Positions 12,320 to 22,818 of a DNA stretch of 64,000 nucleotides are shown one piece after another. The position numbers and the translations under genes were made by a program. This DNA comes from Camelus dromedarius (Eukaryota): positions 74,712,001 to 74,776,000 of the forward strand of contig NC_087437.1 of assembly GCF_036321535.1 (NCBI RefSeq). Reading direction: 5' to 3'. The notes beneath the pieces are model-generated. The model had not been told where the DNA came from, did not search any database, and was given only the letters and a program-made list of their open reading frames with translations. Position 1 is the first letter of the stretch. The number at the start of each line of letters is the position of its first letter.

Positions 12320-12742
12320 TCTTTTTTTGTCAATTATTTTTTCATTGAAGTATAGTTGATGTACAATATTATGTTACAGGTGTATAATATAGTGATTCAT
12401 AATTTTAAGGGTTTTACTCCATTTATAGTTATTATACAGTTTTGGCTATATTCCCCATGTTGTAGAGTATATCCTTGTAGCTTATTTTATGCATAAGTTT
12501 GTACCTTTTACTCTTCTACGCTTGTTTTGCCTCTCTGCTCTCTTCTCTCCTCACTGGTAACCACCAGTTTGTTCTCTGTTTATTTGAGTCTGCTTCTTTT
12601 TGTATATTCACTAGTTTGTTGTATTTTTTTTAGATTCCACATATAAGTGATATCATACAGTATTTATCTTTCTCTGTCTGACTTATTCCACTTAGCATAA
12701 TACCCTCCAACTCCATTTGCTGCAAATGGCAAAATCCCATGA
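12320..12742 (-). mobile_element. 5'-truncated L1 3' end, same family as 11791-12072
   Basis: 'attgaagtatagttgatgtacaatattatgttacaggtg...ttagattccacatataagtgatatcatacagtattt'. Confidence 0.9.
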
Positions 12743-12984
12743 GTCTTTCTTAATATTATTATTTCAATTGTTAGTATCTCTACTTTTACTTAGCAGAGAT
12801 ATTAATAATTGAAAATGTATTGCCAAATTGTTCTCCATAGAGGAGAAGAAATGTATACTTTTACTCATTCGCAATGTATAAGAAGGCCTGTTTCTTTACA
12901 CTCTCACCAACTGAGTGTAAAATCAAATTTTAAGCATTGCCAATCTGATAACTGAGAATGCCATATCTGTATAGAATTTTTTAA

Positions 12985-13680
12985 TTTAAAATAAACTTTT
13001 AAAATTATAGTTCTAGATTTACATAAAAGTTGTTAAGAGTATCCATTACCCATGCCTGAATTCCCTTATTTTTAACATCTTACATTAGTATGGCACATTT
13101 ATTACAATTAATGAAGCAGTATTGATATATTATTATTAACTAAATTCCATACTTTATTCAGATATCCCTAGTTTTATTAAAGTCCTTTTTCTGTTCCTGG
13201 ATTCCACTGAAGATACCACTTTACATTTATAATTTAGAAACTATCATATCTCCTTAGACCTCTGTTGGCTATGACAGTTTTTCAGACTTTCCTTGTTTTT
13301 GATGATCTTGATAGTTTTGAGGAACACTAGTTAGGTATGTTGTAGAATGTCCCTCTATTCGAATTTGTCTGATATTTTTCTCATGACTAGACTGGGCTTG
13401 AATTTTGGGGAGGAGGAGCACAGAGGTAAATTGCCATTCTCGTCACATCATATCAAAAGTACGTACAATCAACATGATATTACTGCTAAGGTAGACCTTG
13501 ATCACCCAACTGAAATAGTGTTTTTAAGGGCTCTCCACCATAACTTTAGTTTTCCCTGCCTCCTTTCTAAGCTGTAATCTTTGGGAGAAGTCACTGTGAT
13601 AGTCTGTCCTTAAGGAATGGGGAATTATGCTCCACCTCCTTGAGTAACAAAATACATTATTTGGAATTTTCTTCATGAGA
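12985..13680 (-). mobile_element. L1MC/L1MD-like 3' UTR
   Basis: 'ttaacatcttacattagtatggcacatttattacaattaatgaa' and 'cagactttccttgtttttgatgatcttgatagttttgagg'. Confidence 0.75.
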
Positions 13681-14248
13681 GATTGTCTGTGTAGTTTTAA
13701 TTTGTTGATTAATGCTAAGAGTGAACATTTTTTCATAAATTTAAAAAGTCATTTTTTATTTCCTTTCTTAAACAATTTATTCAGATTTGTTGTCCATTTT
13801 TCCCATTGGGTTATTTGGGCTTTTTGTTTTGTTTGCCATGCTAAACCTTTTTGTTTTTATGTAGTTCAATTTATCAATCTTTATTTTCTTAGTAATTTCT
13901 GGATTTTGTGTCATACTTAGAAAATTTTTCCTCATTCTTAGATTTTATATATACGCACAAATATACAAATATTTGTGGCTTATTTTAGTTACTTTCAGAG
14001 TTTCATTTTAAATATTTAAGTCTTTTATCAACGTGGAACTGTGTCTAGTATAAGGTGTGAGCTGTGGACTCAATTGTTTTTTAAATTCTAACATGACTTC
14101 CTAGTTGTACCAATACAATTTAAAATAATCTGCTCTGAATTGAAATACTACTGTTACCATATCCTAAATGCATTTCTGTGTTTGGGTCTATATCTGGTCC
14201 TTCTATTTTGTTCTGTTGATTTGTGTGGATATTCTTAGGTTAGCATTT

Positions 14249-14387
14249 AAAAAAAATTTTTTTTGGGGGTAATTAGGTTTGTTTGTTTGTTTGTTTGTTG
14301 TTTGTTTATTAACAGAAGTACTGGGGATTGAATCCAGGATCTCGTGCATGCCAAGCATACACTCTACCACTGACCTATACCTTCCCC
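14249..14387 (-). mobile_element. tRNA-Ala-derived camelid SINE (Vic-1 type)
   Basis: Minus-strand tRNA-like head with A and B boxes, and a (GTTT)n tail region. TSD TAGGTTAGCATTT at 14236-14248 and 14388-14400. Confidence 0.9.
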
Positions 14388-14431
14388 TAGGTTAGCATTT
14401 TAAAGTGTAGATTTGTAATTTGTTTTAATAT

Positions 14432-14966
14432 TGTAGGAGAGGAAAAAAATTTCCCTGTACTGAGTTTTTGACTAGACTCCTATAATAAAAAAATAGATTG
14501 AAAAGATAAAAACAAACACATTTATTAATTAATACACCTGATGTATACATGGGAGATACCCAAGGAAAAATGAGTAACTCAAAAAAGTGGTTTAGAATTT
14601 AGGCTTAAATATCATCTTATTAGGGAAAGGGGAGAGGAGATTTAAGCCTCTGAGGGGAGAGTAAATGATTTTTAGGAAAGATGAATAGGCCCTTGGAAGA
14701 ATAGATGGGAGGTATGATAGTTTATAATAGAGTTTGGGTGTGCTGTGACTTCTAATCTCCTCTCCTGTGATGAGTCAGTCTTCCCTGTTTGATGAAATTC
14801 CTGGCGAGGGCATTTATGACAAATGAGCTCCTTTTGTCTTTAAGCAGATATTAGGAGTACAAAGCCTCTGCCTTCATTTATTGTTTTTCAACAATAATGA
14901 AAAAGCTTAAAATAATCAATATACTAAAACAGCATATTTTGTGGTAGCATATTCTGCTATCCTTAA
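14432..14966 (-). mobile_element. ERV1-class solo LTR (MER31/MER34-like)
   Basis: Begins 'tgtaggagagg', has TTTATT near the left end and finishes 'aaaataatcaatatactaaaacagcatattttgtggtagcatattctgctatcctt'. Similar to 27418-27968. Confidence 0.7.
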
Positions 14967-16508
14967 TTAAAAAAATTTTTGTCCAAGCTATCACTTATTT
15001 TATTTTTATATATAAACTTTAAAATTACTTAGCTCCCAGAAGAAAAAGGTCTCTTAGAGTACTTATTGGAACTGCATCAAATTTATAGATAAATTGAAAG
15101 ATACTTGATATTTTTAGGTCTTAGACTCTCCCAAGAATATGTTATACCTTTCCATTTTTTCAAATCTTCATTTATGATTCTCAGGAGTATTCTATTAATT
15201 TATTCATAAACTTGTTCACATTTTCAATGAAGTTTATTTTTCTGTATTTTATAGATATGTATATGTATTTATGAAAGTATGCACACATATATAATTATTT
15301 TTATTATATTTTACAACTAGTTATTTTATCATGTTTTTGAATAAATCCATTTGAAAATAAACAGTGGTTAATATATTTGTAATAAAAATGTCTTTTCATG
15401 GAAAATTTGTAACAACTTATTTAGTGAAAATTATAAACATAATATACCAATTGATAAATATATTGATTAGGATACATGGGGTAAGATAATAAAATAAGTC
15501 AGAAAATCAATGATATAAATTTTAAAGAAAGATGATGTGTGTAAAAATCAAGTTTATTATACTGTGTAATGATTTGTTTTCCAATCCCAACATTAGTTTT
15601 GCCACTTCTTAGGCACACTACTATAGCCACCGTTTCTCCTTGCCCTTAGAATTGACTGGATATAGTTGTCGATGTAAATATTGTTTCTCTTCAGGGAATG
15701 CTAATAAAATGGCTTTAGATACTCATTGATAGGAATTCATGGGTATGGTGAGGGAGAATTATTATTATTATTATTTTTTTTAGCTGAGATCATCTTATTC
15801 AATTACAGAAATTTGTCTGGAAAACAAAGAAGCAAATCCTCAGATGCCCTCCCTTCAATGCACATCTACCCTAATCCAATATCCAGATTCCTAAAGTCTT
15901 ATTAGTCCTTATCCCCACCCCACCCCTTGCTAAAATCCACCTTCAATGTTTTTCCATAGTTCTTAGCCAATGGAACTCCCTTACAAGGGAGGCAGGGTCT
16001 TCCTCTTCATTTATCTTCTGTATCTCACATTCTTTCTCCCTTGTTCTCTAGCATTCAGCTAATCTTACTTTCTTTTCATTCCTTTATACTTACCAACCTT
16101 TTTATCACCTCCAGCGGCTGAATACTCTTCCTGAATTTCCACCTAGTTAAAAGTTGCTTATAGTTCAAATCTTAAATCACTCATAATTTTCTCAGAGAAA
16201 TGGCCACAGTCTACCACTTTTCTTAACGAATCCATTCTTCTTGTTACTCCTACCTCCTACAAGAGGGTCAATAGGGCTAAGATAGATTGTTTTTAATTAG
16301 GCATAAGTAGTCAAGAAAGATTATTTAATTAAATTGTTAATCAGTTTAGTGGCTACTTAGTTTAGGCATAAAGTGAGTAACCAACATGTTCAGGACTTCA
16401 GCCACACTCCGCTTTGGAGAGAAATTCTTTCAGGAAAGGTTTCCTTACTTATTCTAAGCTCAGTACTCTACTAGAATGTAGAATACAAAGATTAGTTGCA
16501 CCAGTTTC

Positions 16509-16680
16509 TTTTTATTTTATTGAAGTATAGTTAACTTATAATATGTTAATTTTGGGTGTACAACATAGTGATTCAGTATTTTTATACATTACAAAATGAT
16601 CACAAGACTAGTTACCATTTGTCACCATACAAAATTATTACAATATTATTGACTATATTCCCTGTGCTGTACATTATCAA
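16509..16680 (-). mobile_element. Short L1 3' end with TSD
   Basis: 'ttattgaagtatagttaacttataat' flanked by TGCACCAGTTTCTTT and TGCACTAGTTTCTTT. Confidence 0.8.
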
Positions 16681-16681
16681 G

Positions 16682-17129
16682 TGCACTAGTTTCTTTGTGC
16701 TACTCTAATTAATTACTATAAATTTGGCAGCTTAAAATAAATTACCTTACAGTTCTAGAGTTCAAAAGTCCTAAAATCAAGGTGTCAACAGGGCTGCATT
16801 TCTTCCTTCTTGAGGCTCTAAGGGAGTATCTGCTCCCTGGCCTTCTTAAGCTTCTAGACACTGCATTCCTTGGCATGTCACCCCTTTCTTTCATTATTCC
16901 AACCTCTGCTTCCATTGTCACATCTCCTTTTCTGAGTCTGAGCCACCTCTTTTTCTCATATAAGGACTATGTGATTTCATTGGGCCCACTAGGATAATCC
17001 AGGATAACTCTCACATCTCGGGATCTTCAACTTAATCACTTTTGCAAAGTCTTTTTTGCCATTTAAGGTAACATATTCACAGGTTCCAGGGAATAGGGCA
17101 TTTTGGGGAGTATTATTCTATCTTTCACA
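16682..17129 (-). mobile_element. MaLR solo LTR (MLT1C/D-like)
   Basis: 'ttacagttctagagttcaaaagtcctaaaatcaaggtgtcaacagggctgc...gggcccactaggataatccaggataa...taaggtaacatattcacaggttccaggg'. Confidence 0.85.
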
Positions 17130-17134
17130 CTAGG

Positions 17135-18260
17135 ATAAAATCCTCGTTTTTAAGCAATTGACAATCTTAGAGGACAGAATACATATATATTCATATATAA
17201 TATACATAATGAGAGCCACAGGTGCTATGAGAATTCATAGACATACCTGACTGTACTTTAGGCACCAGAGTAAGAAAGGAAATCTCTCAGAGGGAAGTTT
17301 CAAGTCAAGTAGTGTTTTGAATGGAAAGAGAAGTGGAGGATATTTTGATACAGGGAACAGTGCACACAAGGCATGAATGTGAGAGGACTGTGATTTTGTT
17401 TTAGCAACTCTAATAAGACTAAAACCTGGTACATAGTGGTAGTGGAGGAGCTAAGAAGATCATAAGTTTTGTCCCATGAGCCAGTTTTTAAATTATTTCT
17501 AGGACCTCAGCTCCTGATAATCTGATGAAATATATAAACCTTCTTGCCACAAACATCCAAATACACAGTCTTGTATAAAATTTCAGCTTCTAAATAACTT
17601 CCATGCATCCCTGGTTATGCCAGTCAGTTACAGGTGCTGAAAGGTTAGGTGATTGCAGGGAAGTGAACTGATCTGACTTGCATCCTGGAGAAAGACTAGA
17701 AGAGGATAAAAGAAAATAAATTAGGAGGAGTTGATTATTGAGGGATTAGTCAGAAATGTGAGAAATAATTTAGGGCAAAATCTAAAGAAATGGTAGAGCG
17801 GACAAATACATGACAAACTCAAGAGAACTTTGGAAGGTAGAAAGAATCACTGGACTTTTGAAATACTGAGTGTGTAGTTGAGAAAAGAGATGGTCTCATT
17901 CTTGGCTTTCTGACTTAAGTGATACAGGTGGTTGGTGTTACAACCTGAGGTGGGAAATGGAGACAGAAAATTAGATTTGGTGAGAAAAGCACTGAATTCA
18001 AATTCAGATCTTTTTGAGGTAATTTGGTCTGGAACTCAGGAGAAAAGTTTCTGCTAGAGAGCCTTCCAGGAGACACAAGCAAGTACTGGTAGCTAACAAT
18101 GGTGTAAAGAATGCGGTTGCTTAGAATGCAGAGAGAGAAGATTTTGTCTTGAGGAAAAAGTCCTAAAGATCCCTGTATTTTAGAAGCAGGTGAGCAAGGG
18201 AGAGTGAAAATAGTGAGCTAGAGACGAGATGAGAACTTGTCATTCTGAACAGTTGGGAAT
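17135..18260 (+). mobile_element. L2 fragments with a MER103-like insertion at about 17480-17620
   Basis: L2-like wording such as 'tggtctggaactcaggagaaaag' and 'ggtgctatgagaattcatag'. Confidence 0.55.
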
Positions 18261-18265
18261 AGGTT

Positions 18266-18629
18266 TGTCTTAGTCAGTTTGGTCTGCTGTAACAAAGTAC
18301 CAGAGACTAGGTGGCTAAGAAGCAAACAGAAATTTTTATTTCTTACAGTTTTGGATGCTAGAAGTCTGAGATCAGGGTGCCAGCATGATCAGGTTCTGGT
18401 GAGGACTCTTCCAGTTTGTAGACAACTGACTTCTACCTGTATTCTCATGTGATGGAAAGAAAGCTAGCAAGCTCTCTGGTCTCCTAGAAAGGCATTAATC
18501 ATTCATAAGGGCTCCACCCTCATGACATAATTATTTCCCAAAGTCCCCACCCCCAAATACCATTATAGCAGGGGTATTATTTCAACATATGAATATGGCA
18601 GGGGGTACAGAAATATTCAGTCCGTAACA
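18266..18629 (-). mobile_element. MaLR solo LTR (MLT1A-like)
   Basis: Runs 'tgtcttagtcagtttggtctgctgtaacaaagtaccagagactaggtggct' to 'atattcagtccgtaaca'. TG..CA termini, about 365 bp. Confidence 0.9.
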
Positions 18630-19574
18630 GTTGATGAAGATGTAGGAAAGGGCATCATCTCTAGCATGGTATGACATGAGAGGCCCAGTGAAGAATAAGA
18701 GAAAAATTCTTTTTTTTTATTACATTCATCTCCTTCACCACCAACCACTCGCAGGTGTTGCTGCAACTGCTCAATGCTCTTAGAATTGTTTTCTTTATTC
18801 AGCTGGCCACTTTCAAGAAAGAGGCCTATATAAAATGGTGTCTCTAACTACTCTTCTTTAGCAAAGTCACATTATTTGCCCCATAGACTTCTGAAGTTAA
18901 TAAAAAGCCCCCTGTCAGCACAGATGAACAAGAGAGGGAATTGTTATGAACAGCCAAGAGCATTTCCTGGCATGGGACCCTTGACTAAATAAACTCCAGC
19001 TCTGTTGACCACAATTTGGTTCCTAAAAAGGCTGCATCTTTGTCTTCACAATGCTTCCCTCCATTGTGTCTCCACTGTGAAGAGACCAGAGGAAAAAAGA
19101 AGTGATCTGTTTAGGATCCACTGGACTTCAGGATCCACTCAAAGTGATTGCACCTTTGTCAGTTGGTTTATAGAGGAATTTTTTTCAAAGAAAATGGTGC
19201 AAAATGCTTGCTTCCTTTCCATGCCAGTTAAAAAAGATGTGACTCTTGGGTTTACATGCCTGAAGTAAAAATAAGTCAGCAGTCCTTCAAAACGGAATTT
19301 TCTTGCACTCTCGAGGGAGAGTCACAAGGGAGCAAATAGAAGCTTCCTTCTGTGCTGCTTCATTTCTTTTCTCCCTAGAAGATAGATGTCCGTAGATGTC
19401 CCTTCTAAAGTTGATAACATGGCCTTATGACTACAAAGCTGAATTTCAAGAAGTAATTTGTTAAAAGAGGGAAAAAAAAATCTAAAAAATCCGTATTTAC
19501 ATATTCTCTGGCACCATCTGAAGCTGCAATATTTAAGCTATTTCTCAGTGGCCAAGAAATGGGTTTTTAAAAAA

Positions 19575-20493
19575 TCATTTATTATTTTTTATTATTCTTA
19601 CTTGTTTTTTAATTGAGATGTGGTTGACTTACAATATTAGTTTCAGGTATACACCATAGCGATTCAATATTTTTATAGATTATACTCCATTTGAAATTAT
19701 TACAAAATGATGGCTATATTTCCTTGTACTGTACAGTACATCTTTGTTGCTCAATTATTTTATACATATTTAATCCCATACCTCTATCTTGCTCCATCCC
19801 CTCCCCCTCCCCACTGATAACTACCAGTTTGTTCTTATTGTCTGTGAGTTTGCTTCTATTTTGTTATATACATTCATTTGTTTTATTTTTTAGAGTCTAC
19901 ATATAACTGATAACAGAATATTTGTCTTTTCTCTGACTTACTTCACGAAGCATAATATTCTCTAGGTCCATCCACATTGTTGCAAATGGCAGAATTTCAT
20001 TATTTTTTATGGCTGAATAATATTCTATTACATATATATATATCATATCTTATTTATCTATTCATTTATTGATGGACACTTAGGTTGCTTTGATGTCTTG
20101 GCTGTTTTTGAATAGTGCTATAATGAACATTGGGGTGCATGTACCTTTTCATAATAGTGTTTTCATTTTCTTTGGATATATACCCAGCAGTGGAATTGCT
20201 GGATCATATGGTAGTTCTATTTTTAGTTTTTGAAGAACCTCTATACTGTTTTACAGTGTCCCAATTTACATTCCCATCACAGTGTTCAAGGGTTCCCTTT
20301 TCTCTACACCCTTGCCAACATTTGTTATTTGTAGACTTTTTGATAATGGCCATTTTGACAGGTATGAAGTGATATGTCATTGTGGTTTTGATTTGCATTT
20401 CTTTGATGATTAGTAATATTGAGCATTTTTTCATTTGCTTGTTGGTCATCTGTATTTCTTCTTTGGAAGAATGTCTATTCAGGTCTTCTGCCC
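19575..20493 (-). mobile_element. 5'-truncated L1 with the ORF2 C-terminal cysteine-rich region
   Basis: ORF 20204..20515 encodes [15 protein letters not shown]...[21 protein letters not shown], the L1 ORF2p CCHC knuckle. Imperfect TSD aaatgggtttttaaaaa / aaatgggccttttaaaaa. Confidence 0.92.
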
Positions 20494-21466
20494 CAAATGG
20501 GCCTTTTAAAAACAAGCAGCTACATTTTATTTAAATGGACTTCATGTACGATTCTGTTTGAAGAGAATCTCTGCTACTTACTAGTTTGAAAAATTCTAAC
20601 CTAAATAAAATAAAATGCATTTATAAGTATTTGGCTTTATTTTAATGAAATATAAAATTAAGAATTAAAACACCTAATTTTAAGACATAATATTTAAATT
20701 TCATACAAATAAATTTGATATATCTTTGTAATATAAAGCAAGAGTGGGATTAGAAAATAAAATTTTCTGATCCTTTCAACGCAGAGGTGATCAACTTAAA
20801 AATTCTGCTCCAAAGCTGAAAAACGGCACATCCTCAGCTGAAGAAATGGTGACATGCAGATGAATCATCAGATCTTGTCTTTCTTGCTTAACAAATGAGG
20901 AAACAAACTGATAACATTGGCGTGGGTAAATTTCTTATGGGAAAATACCTGTCTTAAGTTCTATAACTATCATAAGGCACAATAGCTAGAATTTGGCTAT
21001 TTGACGGAATCCTGAGTCTTGAAGTTGAATCGTGAATGTATGCCTATTTCAGGAAAGATGGAGAGCAACTCTGGGGTAAAATGCATAATAAAAAGTATAA
21101 TGTAGAGATCTAAAAGGAAATAAATCTTAATAAATAAACTTAAGAGGTAGAGGCTTTGCTGAGAGATGTGGGGAATATGTTGCTTCGAAATGTGATCCAG
21201 AAATTTAGAGAGTTGATCCTACTGGAGAGCTGGCAGTGAGCTAATCCTTGTTGGTGCCCCATTATTATCCTGGAAAGAATTTAATTTGGATTGTTGTTGT
21301 TTAAGGTGAATTTTATACAGTATTATACATCAAATAATAAATGTTAAATCATGTTACCGTGGAATATAATGGAGCTATTAAAAAGAGTGAGATAATTATG
21401 CTGGCATGGAGCTATCTGACACATATTAAGTAAAAGAGAAACTTAAATAAAAGACTCAAGCTATGA

Positions 21467-21583
21467 GGGAGAGTATAGCTCAAGTGGTAGAGCGCATGCT
21501 TAGCATGCACAAGGTCCTGGGTTCAATTCCCAGTACCTCCTCTAAACATAAATAGGTAAACTTAACTATCTCCCCCAGCAAAA
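21467..21583 (+). mobile_element. tRNA-Ala-derived camelid SINE (Vic-1 type)
   Basis: Head 'gtatagctcaagtggtagagcgcatgcttagcatgcacaaggtcctgggttcaattcccagtacctcc' (A box, AGC anticodon, B box). 18-bp TSD AAAAGACTCAAGCTATGA at 21449-21466 and 21584-21601. Confidence 0.95.
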
Positions 21584-21664
21584 AAAAGACTCAAGCTATG
21601 AAAGTCATGAATAAAAGAAGGGCCATTAAAATGAACTTTTCAGAAATAAAAAAAAGATTGTAAC

Positions 21665-22155
21665 AGAAAAAAGAAAGCAATCCCACTTACAATAGCATCC
21701 AAAAAAACAATAAAATATTTAGAAATAAATTTAATCAAGGAGGTGAAAGACCTGCACACTGGTACGTATAAGACAATGATGAAGGAGACTGAAGAAGACA
21801 CAAGTGATGAAAAGGAAAAAAAGGAGACACAAATAAATGGAAAGATATTCCATGTTCTTGGATTGGAAGAATCAATATTGTAAAATTGTCCATTCTGCCC
21901 CAAAGAATCTAGAGATTCAATGCAGTTCCTATCAAAATTCTAATAATTTTTCATGTATATAGGAAAAACTATCCTGAAATGTGAATGGAACCACGAAAGA
22001 CCCCAAATAACCAAAGCAATCCTTGGAAAGAAGAACAAATTTGGAGGCTTCAGACTTCCTGATTTCACACTATATTACAGAGCTATAGTAATCAAAATAT
22101 TATGGTACTGGAATAAAAACAGACACAGAGACCAGTGATACAGAATAGAGAGCAA
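21665..22155 (+). mobile_element. L1 ORF2 internal fragment (post-RT region)
   Basis: ORF 21953..22138 reads [55 protein letters not shown], matching L1 ORF2p. Confidence 0.92.
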
Positions 22156-22349
22156 ATTACATGATCATCTATGTGGTTTTTAAATAGATATTCTTTATCA
22201 AGTTGAGGAAGTTCCCCTCTATTCCTATTTACTGGAGGCTTTTATTATGAGTAGGTTTGGGATTTTATTAAATGTTTTTTATGCATCTAAAAAAATAGCT
22301 TCAAGATTTACTTAACTGTATTTTCTAATTGAATCAGTGTATATTGTAG

Positions 22350-22818
22350 ACTTTATCAATTAGCTTTTGCCGCTTGAGAAACCAACCCCCAAAATGTAGT
22401 AATTGAAAACAATCCCTGGGTGGTCCTTTTGATCTGGGGTATTTAGGCTTAGCTGGGTAGGCAAGGATGCCTCATTCACACTGTGGAGATTATAGACTAC
22501 TTGGTCTAGCGGGACTTCCAGTCATAAATATGGAAGTTGGCTCCATGTCAGCTGGTCACTGACCACGTAAGTTTCATCATCTAGCATGCTGGCCCAAGCT
22601 CCTTCCCATTGTGGCCAAAGGGTTCACTGCAGCAAGAGAATGCAAATCTCACTGCACAAGCTCTTGTTAACCCTTTGCCTAAGTCACATTTCCCATTTTC
22701 CAACAGACCAAAGCTAGTTACACAACCAAGCACAGCATCAGAGAGGGAAGGGACTTTCCAAGGGAGGAACGTAGAGAGATGTGTACTAATTAGGGTCATT
22801 ATCATTATTGTCTACCAC
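22350..22818 (-). mobile_element. Old MaLR LTR (MLT1H-like)
   Basis: 'atcaattagcttttgccgc...ccccaaaatgtagtaattgaaaacaa' through '...ttgtctaccaca'. Confidence 0.6.

Noticed and set aside
21467..21545. tRNA-Ala(AGC) gene
   Set aside because: It has a non-tRNA 3' extension, an A tail, an 18-bp TSD and four diverged relatives in the window, so it is a SINE head.
21665..22295. Twin-priming L1 inversion (sense fragment abutting antisense fragment)
   Set aside because: The inverted piece lies 3' of the sense piece and no shared TSD or tail is visible. Independent fragments are more likely.
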